Part shown: positions 25,186 through 34,599 of the stretch, piece after piece
Numbering within the stretch: the stretch's first letter is position 1
Layout of the letters: each line of letters opens with the position of its first letter
Source of the DNA: a bacterium
GTDB lineage: Bacteria > Patescibacteriota > Saccharimonadia > CAILAD01 > BJGX01
Length of the DNA stretch: 44,685 bases
Reading direction: 5' to 3'
Assembly: GCA_037132395.1 (NCBI GenBank)
Contig: JBAXPC010000001.1
Coordinates: 1 to 44,685 of the forward strand
Notes under the pieces: generated by a model
Told to the model about the DNA's origin: nothing
What the model saw: the letters and a program-made list of their open reading frames with translations, nothing else
The model's database searches: none
Made by a program: the position numbers and the translations under genes

Positions 25186-27852
25186 ATGGAAATCTTAAGC
25201 ACTATTTTTATAACGATTGCTCAGGTAGTGAATACCGTACTATTTGAATTCTGGGGATGGCTACTCGTGGCTGGTTGGTTTGCTTACAAGATTTGGAAAA
25301 ATAACCAAAAAGTTTCCTACATAGAGCGTTCGGAGCATGTTCTGTTGCAAATTATTGTCCCTAAAGATAACGAAAAAAAAGAGCTTTCGGCTGAGCAGCT
25401 CTTTGCTAGTCTACATGGAATATTGAGACCCGTCGGAGACGATGGTACTATCCAGGAGCATATCAGCTTCGAGATAGTTTCACACGACCACTTAATTTAT
25501 TTTTATGTTTGGTGCCCGAAACACCTCAAGGACTATATTGAGAGCCAGGTTTATGCCCAGTATCCGCTAGTACAGATTACACCTATGGATACGGATTACA
25601 GCACAAATGATTTGGCTGGCAAGAGTGCTTTTGCAACGGAGATAGTGCTTACTAAAGACGAAATTTTCCCGATCAAAACCTTTTTGACTTTTGAGGTAGA
25701 TCCTTTGGCTGGCTTGACTACTGTTTTATCGAGCCTCGGAAATGATGAGGAGATGTGGATTCAAATGCTACTCGAACCCGTCAACGATAACTGGCATTCC
25801 AAATCTTTGCAGTATATCGATGAGGTCCGAAATGGCAAGCAGTCTGGAATCTTTGATAATTGGCAGAGCAGAACACTTAATTCGCCCTTCAAGTTTACTA
25901 AACTACTAGCTTCGGCGGCATTTACACCCAGTATCTACCAAGCAAAGTCTGCACCAAAATCTAAGCCCGACAAAAAAGAACTCTCCACGGGACAAACCAC
26001 ACTTCTTACAGCCGTTGAAACCAAGGCCCAAAAACTTGGTTATGCTGTCAAGATCCGAGTCTGCTATATCGGAATTAGCGAGCAGGCAGCAAAACAACGT
26101 CTGCAAGCCCTAGTAGGTGGTTTTAAGCAATTTAATACCATTAACCTTAACGGATTCGGAGGCACCCCGATGGTAGAGGGACAAGTCGCTATAGCGGCCT
26201 ACCAGCAAAGGCTGTTTGATGACTCTGGCTACATTCTGAATATCGAAGAGGTTGCCAGTGTTTTTCATTTGCCGCACACCAGTGTAGAAACCCCTAATAT
26301 TGCCTATACTTCGACTAAAGTAGGGGAGCCACCAGCGGGCTTACCAACCCTAGCCAACACCAAGGCAGAGGAGTTGAGTTTGTTTGGAAGCACAACCTTT
26401 AGGCAGGGCAACATAAAATTTGGAATCAAAAGAATTGATCGTGAGAGGCACCTTTATGTAATTGGTAAGAGCGGGGTAGGTAAGTCTTTTATGCTTAATC
26501 TTCTAGCGCTATCTGATATTCACCAAAACGAAGGCTTTGCGATTGTTGACCCGCACGGCGATTTGGCCCAAGACATTATGCGTTTCATACCAGAGCACCG
26601 TATCAAAGATGTGATATATATTAATCCTGATGATGTCGACTTTCCGGTTGCTTTTAACCCCATGGAATATACCGATGTTAACAGGCGTAATAACATTGCA
26701 TCTGAGATTGTCGGCGTTCTAAAAAAGATGTTTGGAGATAGCTGGGGCCCAAGGCTAGAGCACATTTTGCGCTTTACGCTATTGGCGCTATTAGAAACTC
26801 CAGGAACCACAATGCTTGGTATTACCCGTATGCTAACAGACAAAAACTATCGCAAAATGATAGTCGATAATGTTGCCGACCCGGTCGTGAAGGCTTTTTG
26901 GCTAACAGAGTTTGCCAGCTGGAACGATAAGTTTGCGGCCGAGGCCGTACAGCCGGTTTTAAATAAAGTCGGGGCTTTTACAGCCGTACCGATAGTCCGT
27001 AATATTATTGGTCAGCCCAATAGTTCGTTCTCGATACGCAAGGCAATGGATGAAGGAAAAATTATTATTGTAAACCTCAGCCGCGGTCTGATTGGTGAAG
27101 ACAACGCCGCTATTTTAGGCTCGCTAATAATTACCAAAATCCAGCTTGATGCGATGAGCCGTTCGGACATTTCAGATATCACAGCCAGGCGACCTTTTTA
27201 TCTCTATGTAGATGAATTCCAGAATTTTGCAACAGAATCTTTTGCAGTAATTTTATCTGAAGCACGTAAGTACGGCTTAAGGCTAACAGTAGCTAACCAG
27301 TACGTCTCACAGATGCCAGAAGAGGTTAGGGACGCTGTTTTTGGTAATGTTGGGTCAATGGTAACCTTCAGGGTAGGTGCTGATGACGCACAATATTTGT
27401 CTAAGTATTTTGAGCCAACTTTTGAGCCAATCGACTTGGTGAATCTTGATAAACGCAACATTTATGTATCGATGAGTATCGATGGCCAAACGTCCATCCC
27501 TTTTAGCGCTCAAAGCTTGAACATGCCACCACCATCTGACGATCATACAGCAGCTATTATTGAGCATTCTAGACATCATTACTCGATACCGAGGACGGAA
27601 GTAGAGCAGATTATCGGCGAGTGGGCAGCACCACCGGACCCCAGAGACGCTGCCAATCGAAGTGATGGCTCTAGTAACTCTAGGCCTGCCTACGGCCAAG
27701 CGAACAGCCAGGCAGCCCCTAGAGAGCCTCAGGCGAGGCAAAATAAACCAGAGCTCCATGGCGTCGAACCAAAAAGGTACAGTGACATGATAAAAAACAA
27801 AGACCACGGACCCAGCCAAAATAACCGGTACAAGAGGCACTACAAAAAATAG
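25186..27852 (+). CDS. Membrane-anchored TraD/VirD4/TrwB-like P-loop ATPase (type IV coupling-protein-like)
   Basis: N-terminal TM hairpin, Walker A GKSGVGKS, Walker B FYLYVDEFQNF. The 90-aa C-terminal tail is basic and looks disordered. Confidence 0.7.
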   Translation: MEILSTIFITIAQVVNTVLFEFWGWLLVAGWFAYKIWKNNQKVSYIERSEHVLLQIIVPKDNEKKELSAEQLFASLHGILRPVGDDGTIQEHISFEIVSHDHLIYFYVWCPKHLKDYIESQVYAQYPLVQITPMDTDYSTNDLAGKSAFATEIVLTKDEIFPIKTFLTFEVDPLAGLTTVLSSLGNDEEMWIQMLLEPVNDNWHSKSLQYIDEVRNGKQSGIFDNWQSRTLNSPFKFTKLLASAAFTPSIYQAKSAPKSKPDKKELSTGQTTLLTAVETKAQKLGYAVKIRVCYIGISEQAAKQRLQALVGGFKQFNTINLNGFGGTPMVEGQVAIAAYQQRLFDDSGYILNIEEVASVFHLPHTSVETPNIAYTSTKVGEPPAGLPTLANTKAEELSLFGSTTFRQGNIKFGIKRIDRERHLYVIGKSGVGKSFMLNLLALSDIHQNEGFAIVDPHGDLAQDIMRFIPEHRIKDVIYINPDDVDFPVAFNPMEYTDVNRRNNIASEIVGVLKKMFGDSWGPRLEHILRFTLLALLETPGTTMLGITRMLTDKNYRKMIVDNVADPVVKAFWLTEFASWNDKFAAEAVQPVLNKVGAFTAVPIVRNIIGQPNSSFSIRKAMDEGKIIIVNLSRGLIGEDNAAILGSLIITKIQLDAMSRSDISDITARRPFYLYVDEFQNFATESFAVILSEARKYGLRLTVANQYVSQMPEEVRDAVFGNVGSMVTFRVGADDAQYLSKYFEPTFEPIDLVNLDKRNIYVSMSIDGQTSIPFSAQSLNMPPPSDDHTAAIIEHSRHHYSIPRTEVEQIIGEWAAPPDPRDAANRSDGSSNSRPAYGQANSQAAPREPQARQNKPELHGVEPKRYSDMIKNKDHGPSQNNRYKRHYKK

Positions 27853-28171
27853 CACTCATTGAAATGTAGGCTAGTTTTGCTTTTATATAAGCAAAAGACC
27901 TATACTAACACCTAACTACTTCATAAAAATACTATGTCGCACAATATATCTTTTGCGACATTATTGTTACTAATACTCAAATAACAACTTAAATGGCATT
28001 ATTTGTATTTTATTCGACTTCCCTATTTTTTTTTGTCTTTTTTATATTATGGCGCTCAGTTTGTAATTGCTCTGTACTTAGCTTGTTTTATAATAAAATG
28101 TACTAATAAACAAAAACCGAACTAGGAGAGGGGTTAGAGGTTTTCAGTCTTATTGGGCTTCTATGATTGAG

Positions 28172-28999
28172 TTACTTATAAAACGCTCGGCCCGGCACAC
28201 GCAGATCTATATACTGGGTAGCTTGCTTGTTTTGAGAAGCCAGGAGGTCTAGTGTTGCTTGAAGAGATCTGAGCTGGGCGTCGGGTGTCTCTTCAGTATT
28301 AAATTTGATTTCATATCCTGCAGTAGTCTTAACGAGCAGCTCTTTGGTAGTTTCAGTGATATAGATCTGCTCTGGTCCGAGTGATTTGGCCTTAACATAA
28401 TCGCAAACTTTAATTGCAAAACTCACGAAATCTCGTGAAAGTATTTTGTTGCCTACATCTACCGGCAAGCTACTACTATCTGTTAATACAGCTAGGCCTG
28501 TATTATTTTCGCCCTGAAGCTCGCTCATAACTCGGCCGTTGATTGAAACGATGTATTTTTTACTTCCAGTTTTCCATACTATAGCCGATTTTTGTTCGTC
28601 CGTCTTAACTATCAATTTATTAGGAAATTGCTTCTCTACCATTATTGCCTCTTGGCCTGTGAAAGTTTTTTGCAGCCTTCCCTTCAGGCTGTTGGTATCG
28701 AGAAAAAGCCAGTTCTTCCCTGCTAAGCTGGACTTGAGGTATTTTGTCACTTCATCATTGAGCCCCTTTGAGAGCTCTGTGTTCGGTCCTTGTACATCTA
28801 CCTTGTCGATTCGAAAAATACTAGAAAAGAACACCACACCTACAATAATGCCAATTAAAAGAATATACGGAGACAATTTTAGTATTAGTCTCCACCATCT
28901 AATTTGGCGCGGCTGCTTAGCTATACTGGAACCAGATTTTACACTGGTCTGTTCGAGTGGTGTAAATTCGTAGGATCTTTTAACTTGGCGTTTGTTCAA
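28172..28999 (-). CDS. ftsQ: Cell division protein FtsQ (POTRA domain)
   Basis: TTG start overlapping the murG stop (TTGA). Single TM helix followed by a POTRA-like IDKVDVQG...; sits in the expected dcw position. Confidence 0.8.
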   Translation of the reverse strand: MNKRQVKRSYEFTPLEQTSVKSGSSIAKQPRQIRWWRLILKLSPYILLIGIIVGVVFFSSIFRIDKVDVQGPNTELSKGLNDEVTKYLKSSLAGKNWLFLDTNSLKGRLQKTFTGQEAIMVEKQFPNKLIVKTDEQKSAIVWKTGSKKYIVSINGRVMSELQGENNTGLAVLTDSSSLPVDVGNKILSRDFVSFAIKVCDYVKAKSLGPEQIYITETTKELLVKTTAGYEIKFNTEETPDAQLRSLQATLDLLASQNKQATQYIDLRVPGRAFYK

Positions 29000-30147
29000 C
29001 TTGCTGGCCCTTTGCTTTTAGCGGCCAATGCTATGATTATTTTAGCTAGCGAAATTGAAGCATCTGGATTAAAGAATTTATGAATTGTTTTAGCGAGATA
29101 CTGCATTGAACTCGGGTCGCTAACTAGTTTGGAAATTTCGTTGATTAGTCTAACTCCCTGGAGGTCATCCTGCAACAGTAGCCGTACTGCCCCGTGCCTT
29201 GCAAGGTACTGGGCATTTTTAAGCTGATGTTGGTTGGTTGAGCTTGGCAGCGGGATTACAATTGATGGTTTTGATAATGCCGCAAGCTCAGAAATCGAAT
29301 TCATCCCCGCCCTTGCCACTACGATATCTGACCATCGATATGCGGCCAACATCTCGCCCGTCAAAAAACCATGCGGATCGTAGCTGTGTTTATACTCTGG
29401 TGGTAACCTGTGCCGCATAAAGCGGGCACGCTCAATTCCCTGCTTGCCTGCTATGTGTAAGATATTAAAGTTTTTAGTCATCAGCTCGATATTGTCGAAT
29501 ATCAGATTGTTGATGAATTCCGCCCCCTGAGATCCAGCAAAAATCATAATGTTCGGTTTTTGTTCATTAGGTTTTTTTACTATCAAATCGGCATTTATAT
29601 AGTACTCTGGTCGTACAGGGTTACCAGTAAAATAAAGCTTTGACGAATCCTCGATACTACTATAAGCGGACTTAGGAAAGCTAACTCCGATTGCTGAGGC
29701 TCGCTTGGCTAAGATGCTATTTGCCTTGCCCATCACTACATCGCTCTCGTGTATGACATATGGGATGCCTAGGTGTGTTGCTGCCAGCCCAACAGGCAAT
29801 CCGACATGTCCGCCCTTAATGAATATCACGTCTGGCTTAAACTGCTTAATTATTTTTCGACTATAGGAATAGCCCTTGATTGTTTTTAAAATGTCAGCAG
29901 CATTTAGAGCCTGGGTTTTAATATCTGCTATTTCGCGTAGCTTGCCTCGGCCGTACCTTCTGAATTTTCCGCTGGGGATTATTTTATAGTTAATACCACT
30001 ATGCTTGAGTAAGCTAGTTTCGTAATCGTTACCTGAACAAACGAATAATATTTCGGTGTCAGCGCTAAGCTCGTGAAGTGACGCGATGACGGCGAGTACC
30101 GGCGATATGTGCCCGGCTGTTCCGCCCCCCGCTACTAGGATCTTCAT
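28996..30147 (-). CDS. murG: UDP-N-acetylglucosamine--N-acetylmuramyl-(pentapeptide) pyrophosphoryl-undecaprenol N-acetylglucosamine transferase (MurG)
   Basis: MKILVAGGGTAGHISP. AAGGAGG lies upstream. The second ATG (30147) has better SD spacing than 30150. Confidence 0.92.
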   Translation of the reverse strand: MKILVAGGGTAGHISPVLAVIASLHELSADTEILFVCSGNDYETSLLKHSGINYKIIPSGKFRRYGRGKLREIADIKTQALNAADILKTIKGYSYSRKIIKQFKPDVIFIKGGHVGLPVGLAATHLGIPYVIHESDVVMGKANSILAKRASAIGVSFPKSAYSSIEDSSKLYFTGNPVRPEYYINADLIVKKPNEQKPNIMIFAGSQGAEFINNLIFDNIELMTKNFNILHIAGKQGIERARFMRHRLPPEYKHSYDPHGFLTGEMLAAYRWSDIVVARAGMNSISELAALSKPSIVIPLPSSTNQHQLKNAQYLARHGAVRLLLQDDLQGVRLINEISKLVSDPSSMQYLAKTIHKFFNPDASISLAKIIIALAAKSKGPAS

Positions 30148-31294
30148 CATAGACCTCCTTATAGGTATATTTAGAAATGTTCTGCAATATTCCTACCGCC
30201 GTTAGCAATGCCAGAATACTGGTACCTCCATAGCTAATAAACGGCAGTGTTATGCCAGTCAGTGGAATCAAATTTAGCATAGCTGATATATTGATCAATG
30301 CCTGGAATGTTATCCAGAATATAATACCACTAGCAAGCAGTCTACCAAAATTATCAGGTGCCGTTCGTGCTATCCTGACACCCCTCCAAAACAATAGTGC
30401 AAAAGCTGTAATTAATATAGTCGTGCCAACCAAGCCAAACTCCTCTCCTATAATCGCAAAGATAGAGTCGTTGGTCGCCTCAGGAAGATAGCCATAGGCC
30501 TGGAGGCTTTTACCTAGCCCCCTGCCGAATATACCGCCACTACCAATGGCAATTAAAGCTTGGTTGATATGATAGCCTGCTCCAGACGCATCTTCGGAAT
30601 GGTTAAAAAAAGTAGTAAGTCTGGCGATCCGATAAGGAGCGAGTATCGCTAATAGTGCTGCTCCGCCACCAAGTACTAGAGTAGCAATCGTTGCGTTCCA
30701 CCATTGAACACCAGATACAAAGTACATGGCTAGCATTGTGGATATTATTACCATGGCACTTCCCATATCTTTTTGTATTAAAACAGCCAAAAACGCGATT
30801 ACAAAAATTATTATTAGAAATGGCACTAAGCCTTCGATAGGCTTAGATAGGTTTTTCTTATTTTTTGCCAGCCACGCAGCCATAAATATTACTGCGCCTA
30901 TCTTGAAAAACTCGACAGGCTGAAAACTAAAGAAGGCTAGTTTTACCCACCTAGAGGCTCCACCACTGCTGATTGATAAGCCCGGAACTAAAACCAAAAA
31001 CATCAGCACTATTGTTGCTATAAAAATTGGTGTGGCATGTTTTTGCCAGAAGTGATAATCGATTTTACTTGCTGCGTACCAGCCCATAATACCCAACAAC
31101 ATCCCGACAGACTGGGTTATGAAAAAACTATTGGTGTCGCTAGTACCTGAGGTTCGTTTTAGCACTGCGATCCAGCCTGTGGAGTAAATTAGAACTAACC
31201 CTATTCCCACCAGGGACAGCACTAAAAGAGTTAGCATATAGTCTGGCCGGTGTTTATAAAAGATTGCTTTTTTTTGTTTTTGGCGTTGTTCCAT
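30065..31294 (-). CDS. ftsW: SEDS-family peptidoglycan glycosyltransferase FtsW
   Basis: Ten TM helices, PEATNDSIFAIIGEEFGLVG, PFISYGGTS. The 3' end runs 83-86 nt into murG. Confidence 0.9.
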   Translation of the reverse strand: MEQRQKQKKAIFYKHRPDYMLTLLVLSLVGIGLVLIYSTGWIAVLKRTSGTSDTNSFFITQSVGMLLGIMGWYAASKIDYHFWQKHATPIFIATIVLMFLVLVPGLSISSGGASRWVKLAFFSFQPVEFFKIGAVIFMAAWLAKNKKNLSKPIEGLVPFLIIIFVIAFLAVLIQKDMGSAMVIISTMLAMYFVSGVQWWNATIATLVLGGGAALLAILAPYRIARLTTFFNHSEDASGAGYHINQALIAIGSGGIFGRGLGKSLQAYGYLPEATNDSIFAIIGEEFGLVGTTILITAFALLFWRGVRIARTAPDNFGRLLASGIIFWITFQALINISAMLNLIPLTGITLPFISYGGTSILALLTAVGILQNISKYTYKEVYDEDPSSGGRNSRAHIAGTRRHRVTSRA

Positions 31295-31297
31295 TTG

Positions 31298-32323
31298 TTA
31301 TCCTTTGCCGACCAGTGCTACCATGACGCCGAGTCCAGCACAAATACCTCCTATGATCCAGAGTCGCATCGTAACTTTGGTTTCTGGCCAGCCCATAGCT
31401 TCAAGGTGGTGATGAAGTGGTGCTGAAATAAATATTTTGCGCTTAAAAATTCTTTTAGATAAAATCTGAATAACGCTCGACCCAGCTTCAGCTACAAATA
31501 CCAAGCCGATAATTGGTAGTACAAAAACAGAATTAGTTAGCATCGCTACAATACCTAGGGCAGTACCAAGAGCAAACGAGCCAACATCGCCCATAAAAAA
31601 TCTTGCTGGAAATATATTGAACCACGTGTACGCAAGCACTGCACCTGTCGTAGCCATACAAAAGCCGGCTATTCCGATGTTGCCTTGAGCCAGAGCAATA
31701 ATAGCAAAAGCTCCGAAAGATGTAGCTAATAATCCCCCCGAGAGACCATCGAGACCATCTGTAATATTGACAGCATTAGCAGTTGAAACAATCACCAATA
31801 TAAATAGTGGTATGTATAGGATGCCTATTTCGAAATTTCCAACTGCGGGGATATGTATCATTCCGTAGCCGAGCTTAAAGTAAAAATACAGTGCTCCTGC
31901 TATGGCAATCAGTAAAATTAGTGAAAACTTTATAATACTTTTCAAACCAGCCACCCCTTTGCCTGAGCCTCGGATATTGATTATGTCATCTAGCAACCCA
32001 ATAGCTCCCGCTGCTAGCAGCCCAAAAAGTGGCAGGTAGGTCTGTGACCTCGAAAGGTTCAATGTAAGCGTGACAAGGGTGATTGCTACAATCATAACAA
32101 TGCCGGCCATCGTTGGAATATTGCGTTTGTGCTTCTCGGCATGCAAGCTAGCAAACACTGTAGCTTTTTCGCCAGTTGTGGTAGTTTCGCGCATTTTTTT
32201 CCAGAGCTTTAGCCTAAAAGCAAAGTGAGTATAGAGGGGTGTCAGAGCCATAGCGATGCCAAAGCCAAGTGATACCTGGATGAATATAAAGCTGAAATTC
32301 TGAATTAACTGTTGTTCTGTCAT
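31298..32323 (-). CDS. mraY: Phospho-N-acetylmuramoyl-pentapeptide transferase (MraY)
   Basis: NAVNITDGLDGL, MGDVGS, APLHHHLE. Confidence 0.93.
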   Translation of the reverse strand: MTEQQLIQNFSFIFIQVSLGFGIAMALTPLYTHFAFRLKLWKKMRETTTTGEKATVFASLHAEKHKRNIPTMAGIVMIVAITLVTLTLNLSRSQTYLPLFGLLAAGAIGLLDDIINIRGSGKGVAGLKSIIKFSLILLIAIAGALYFYFKLGYGMIHIPAVGNFEIGILYIPLFILVIVSTANAVNITDGLDGLSGGLLATSFGAFAIIALAQGNIGIAGFCMATTGAVLAYTWFNIFPARFFMGDVGSFALGTALGIVAMLTNSVFVLPIIGLVFVAEAGSSVIQILSKRIFKRKIFISAPLHHHLEAMGWPETKVTMRLWIIGGICAGLGVMVALVGKG

Positions 32324-32353
32324 GGTGTTCCTTTATTTTAGCAAGAAATAGCC

Positions 32354-34114
32354 TTAATTCCCACTGGGGGCTATCTGATAATACATAAATAACTGCCTGG
32401 CCACTTCAGCAAAAGCCGGTACAGTGGTTTTTTCGGCGAAGCCGTCGACCCGAGGATAGTTAACTCGCACGAGAATCACAAACCTAGGGTCCTCTACGGG
32501 TGCAAAACCTACGAAACTACCAATATTCTTGCTTTCCTCATAACCCGTACCGTCTGGCTTTGGTACCTGGGCAGTACCTGTTTTGCCTGCAATAGAATAT
32601 CCCGTGGTTCGGGCTGGCCAACCAGATCCGTGCTGGACGACTTGCTTCATCATTTCGGCTAGTTCTGCAGCCGATTGGCGACTCATGACATCGTTCCTAA
32701 TAACCGCTGGTTTGCTTAGTATGATCTCACCGCTAGCCTTGGTCTCTTTATCGACTATATAGGGTTTATACAGGGTTCCGCCGTTAGCGATAGCTGAGAC
32801 TGCATTAGCCAGCTGTAGATTGGTGACAGATATACCCTGACCGAAGCTCATATTGGCATAATCAACATTGTAGCCATCTGGCTTTTTTATAAATCCCTTA
32901 GCCTCGCCGGCTAGTTCAATTCCGGTCCGTTCACCAAAACCAAATTTTTTGATGTATTCAAAGAACACTTCCTTGCCTTTGCTTGTTATCTTATCGGGGT
33001 CGGTACCAAGCTGCTTGAGTACAAAGACAACGCCGGTATTGAGTGACTTTTGTATTACGTCGGTCATAGTAGAAATTCCGTACTTTTTATCATTAGCATT
33101 ATTAACTACGCGATCGTCTATTTTAGCTTCCCCGGTATCTTCGTACTTGGTGTCGGGCTTAACCTTCCCAGTATCAAGGCCAGCGGCCATGGTAATAACC
33201 TTAAAGCCCGATCCCGGCTCAAATTGGTTGGTAATATTGCTATTTATGAACTTGAAGTAGTCAGCTGCCGTGATGGCCTGATAGTTATTGGGGTCATAAC
33301 TAGGATAGTTAACCATGGCGCGGATTGCTCCTGTTTTAGGATCCATAACTATGATGCTGCCAGAGTCAGCCTGATTGCTTTTGACTGCAGTTTCGATAGC
33401 TGTAGCCGCCATTTGCTGGATATTGCGATCAATAGTCAAAACAAAATCACTTCCGTTCTCAGGTGTGATAATAGTATTTTCATTGGATGTAATCGGAACA
33501 CCGAGTGAATCTGTGATAGCCCTACTCACCCCGCCCTTGCCAGAAAGACTTGGATTTAAGAATTGTTCGATGCCATACTGCCCTGCTCCGTCTTGGTTTA
33601 CGTAGCCAGTTATGTGTGCGAATAGTTCGCCTTCGGGATAATTACGACCGTCTTGGGAATTAAGAATAATGCCTGGTAGCTTTAGGTTCTTTATTTCGAT
33701 AGCATCAGACGAGGAAAGTGACTTTTTAATGACTAAATATCTATTTTCTTTATTGCTAAGTTTTGTCTGTAAGTCGACGGTCTCTTCATTGGACAAGTAC
33801 CTACTGAGCTTATTAACTGTGTCAGATGGATCTTTGATAAACTTAGGGTCGGCCGCAAGCAAGAATAACTGCTGGTTTAGAGCTATAGGATAGACTGCAC
33901 CATTGCCATCATTGACGTATATCTGGCCTCTTCGCGCCGGTATATCAAATTTGCGCGACTGCTGGGCATTGGCTTTTTCTAGATATAATTTATTTTGAAA
34001 TACTTGTACAAATACCAGCTTTCCGAACATTATAAAACCAAAAATACCCATTAATATCATCAGATAAAAAATGCGCTTTGTTGGTGTTGGCTCTAGGATC
34101 TCGCTGTCTGGCAT
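32354..34114 (-). CDS. ftsI: Penicillin-binding protein 2/3-class transpeptidase (FtsI)
   Basis: N-terminal TM anchor and PBP dimerisation domain. SGFK (SxxK), SLNT (SxN), KTGTA (KTG). Confidence 0.9.
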   Translation of the reverse strand: MPDSEILEPTPTKRIFYLMILMGIFGFIMFGKLVFVQVFQNKLYLEKANAQQSRKFDIPARRGQIYVNDGNGAVYPIALNQQLFLLAADPKFIKDPSDTVNKLSRYLSNEETVDLQTKLSNKENRYLVIKKSLSSSDAIEIKNLKLPGIILNSQDGRNYPEGELFAHITGYVNQDGAGQYGIEQFLNPSLSGKGGVSRAITDSLGVPITSNENTIITPENGSDFVLTIDRNIQQMAATAIETAVKSNQADSGSIIVMDPKTGAIRAMVNYPSYDPNNYQAITAADYFKFINSNITNQFEPGSGFKVITMAAGLDTGKVKPDTKYEDTGEAKIDDRVVNNANDKKYGISTMTDVIQKSLNTGVVFVLKQLGTDPDKITSKGKEVFFEYIKKFGFGERTGIELAGEAKGFIKKPDGYNVDYANMSFGQGISVTNLQLANAVSAIANGGTLYKPYIVDKETKASGEIILSKPAVIRNDVMSRQSAAELAEMMKQVVQHGSGWPARTTGYSIAGKTGTAQVPKPDGTGYEESKNIGSFVGFAPVEDPRFVILVRVNYPRVDGFAEKTTVPAFAEVARQLFMYYQIAPSGN

Positions 34115-34120
34115 ATGAGC

Positions 34121-34447
34121 CTAATGAGCGGTGGCGTAAGAAACTGTTTTGACAGTTGATAGCTGAGCCGTCTGGGCAGCTTTTTTGGCCTCTGCAATCG
34201 ATTGTAAACGCGCCGCATCAATACTCAAGTTGTCTTTAGCAGTTTGCAGTTCGCCCTGTTTGTGCTCGAGATTTGATATTTTATAATTGAATGTTTGAGT
34301 TTTGGTCACCTGATTAAGATACATCAAACCCAACAATATCACTAGACCTATTAGCATCAAAGATGCCGACACTGGTCCGGTCTGAAACTTAATCTTGTTT
34401 TTGACGATGTTTTGGTTTTTTCGTAATGACATTGCTGCTGTGGACAT
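34121..34447 (-). CDS. ftsL: FtsL-like cell division protein (single TM helix plus coiled coil)
   Basis: AAGGAG SD. One TM helix (ASLMLIGLVILLGLMYL) and a heptad-like region. Position lies between rsmH and ftsI. Confidence 0.7.
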   Translation of the reverse strand: MSTAAMSLRKNQNIVKNKIKFQTGPVSASLMLIGLVILLGLMYLNQVTKTQTFNYKISNLEHKQGELQTAKDNLSIDAARLQSIAEAKKAAQTAQLSTVKTVSYATAH

Positions 34448-34510
34448 GAAGGCTCCTTATTTGTTTTTATTTTTTTTGTTTTTGTTTTTGTTTTTTTTGG
34501 TAACCTAAAA

Positions 34511-34576
34511 CTATTTAACTACTCGAACCTTAAGCTTTCGGGCTCGTGGGGATTGGTCTTTGACTACGATACTCAT
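34511..34576 (-). CDS. 21-codon ORF created by tandem duplication of the rsmH 3' end
   Basis: AAGGAG lies 7 nt upstream of the ATG. MSIVVKDQSPRARKLKVRVVK matches the RsmH C-terminus SIKDNNPRARSAKLRLVEK. The two copies share the core CGGGCTCGTGGG on the plus strand. Confidence 0.35.
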   Translation of the reverse strand: MSIVVKDQSPRARKLKVRVVK

Positions 34577-34599
34577 ATTCGGACTCCTTTTGTTTTTGT

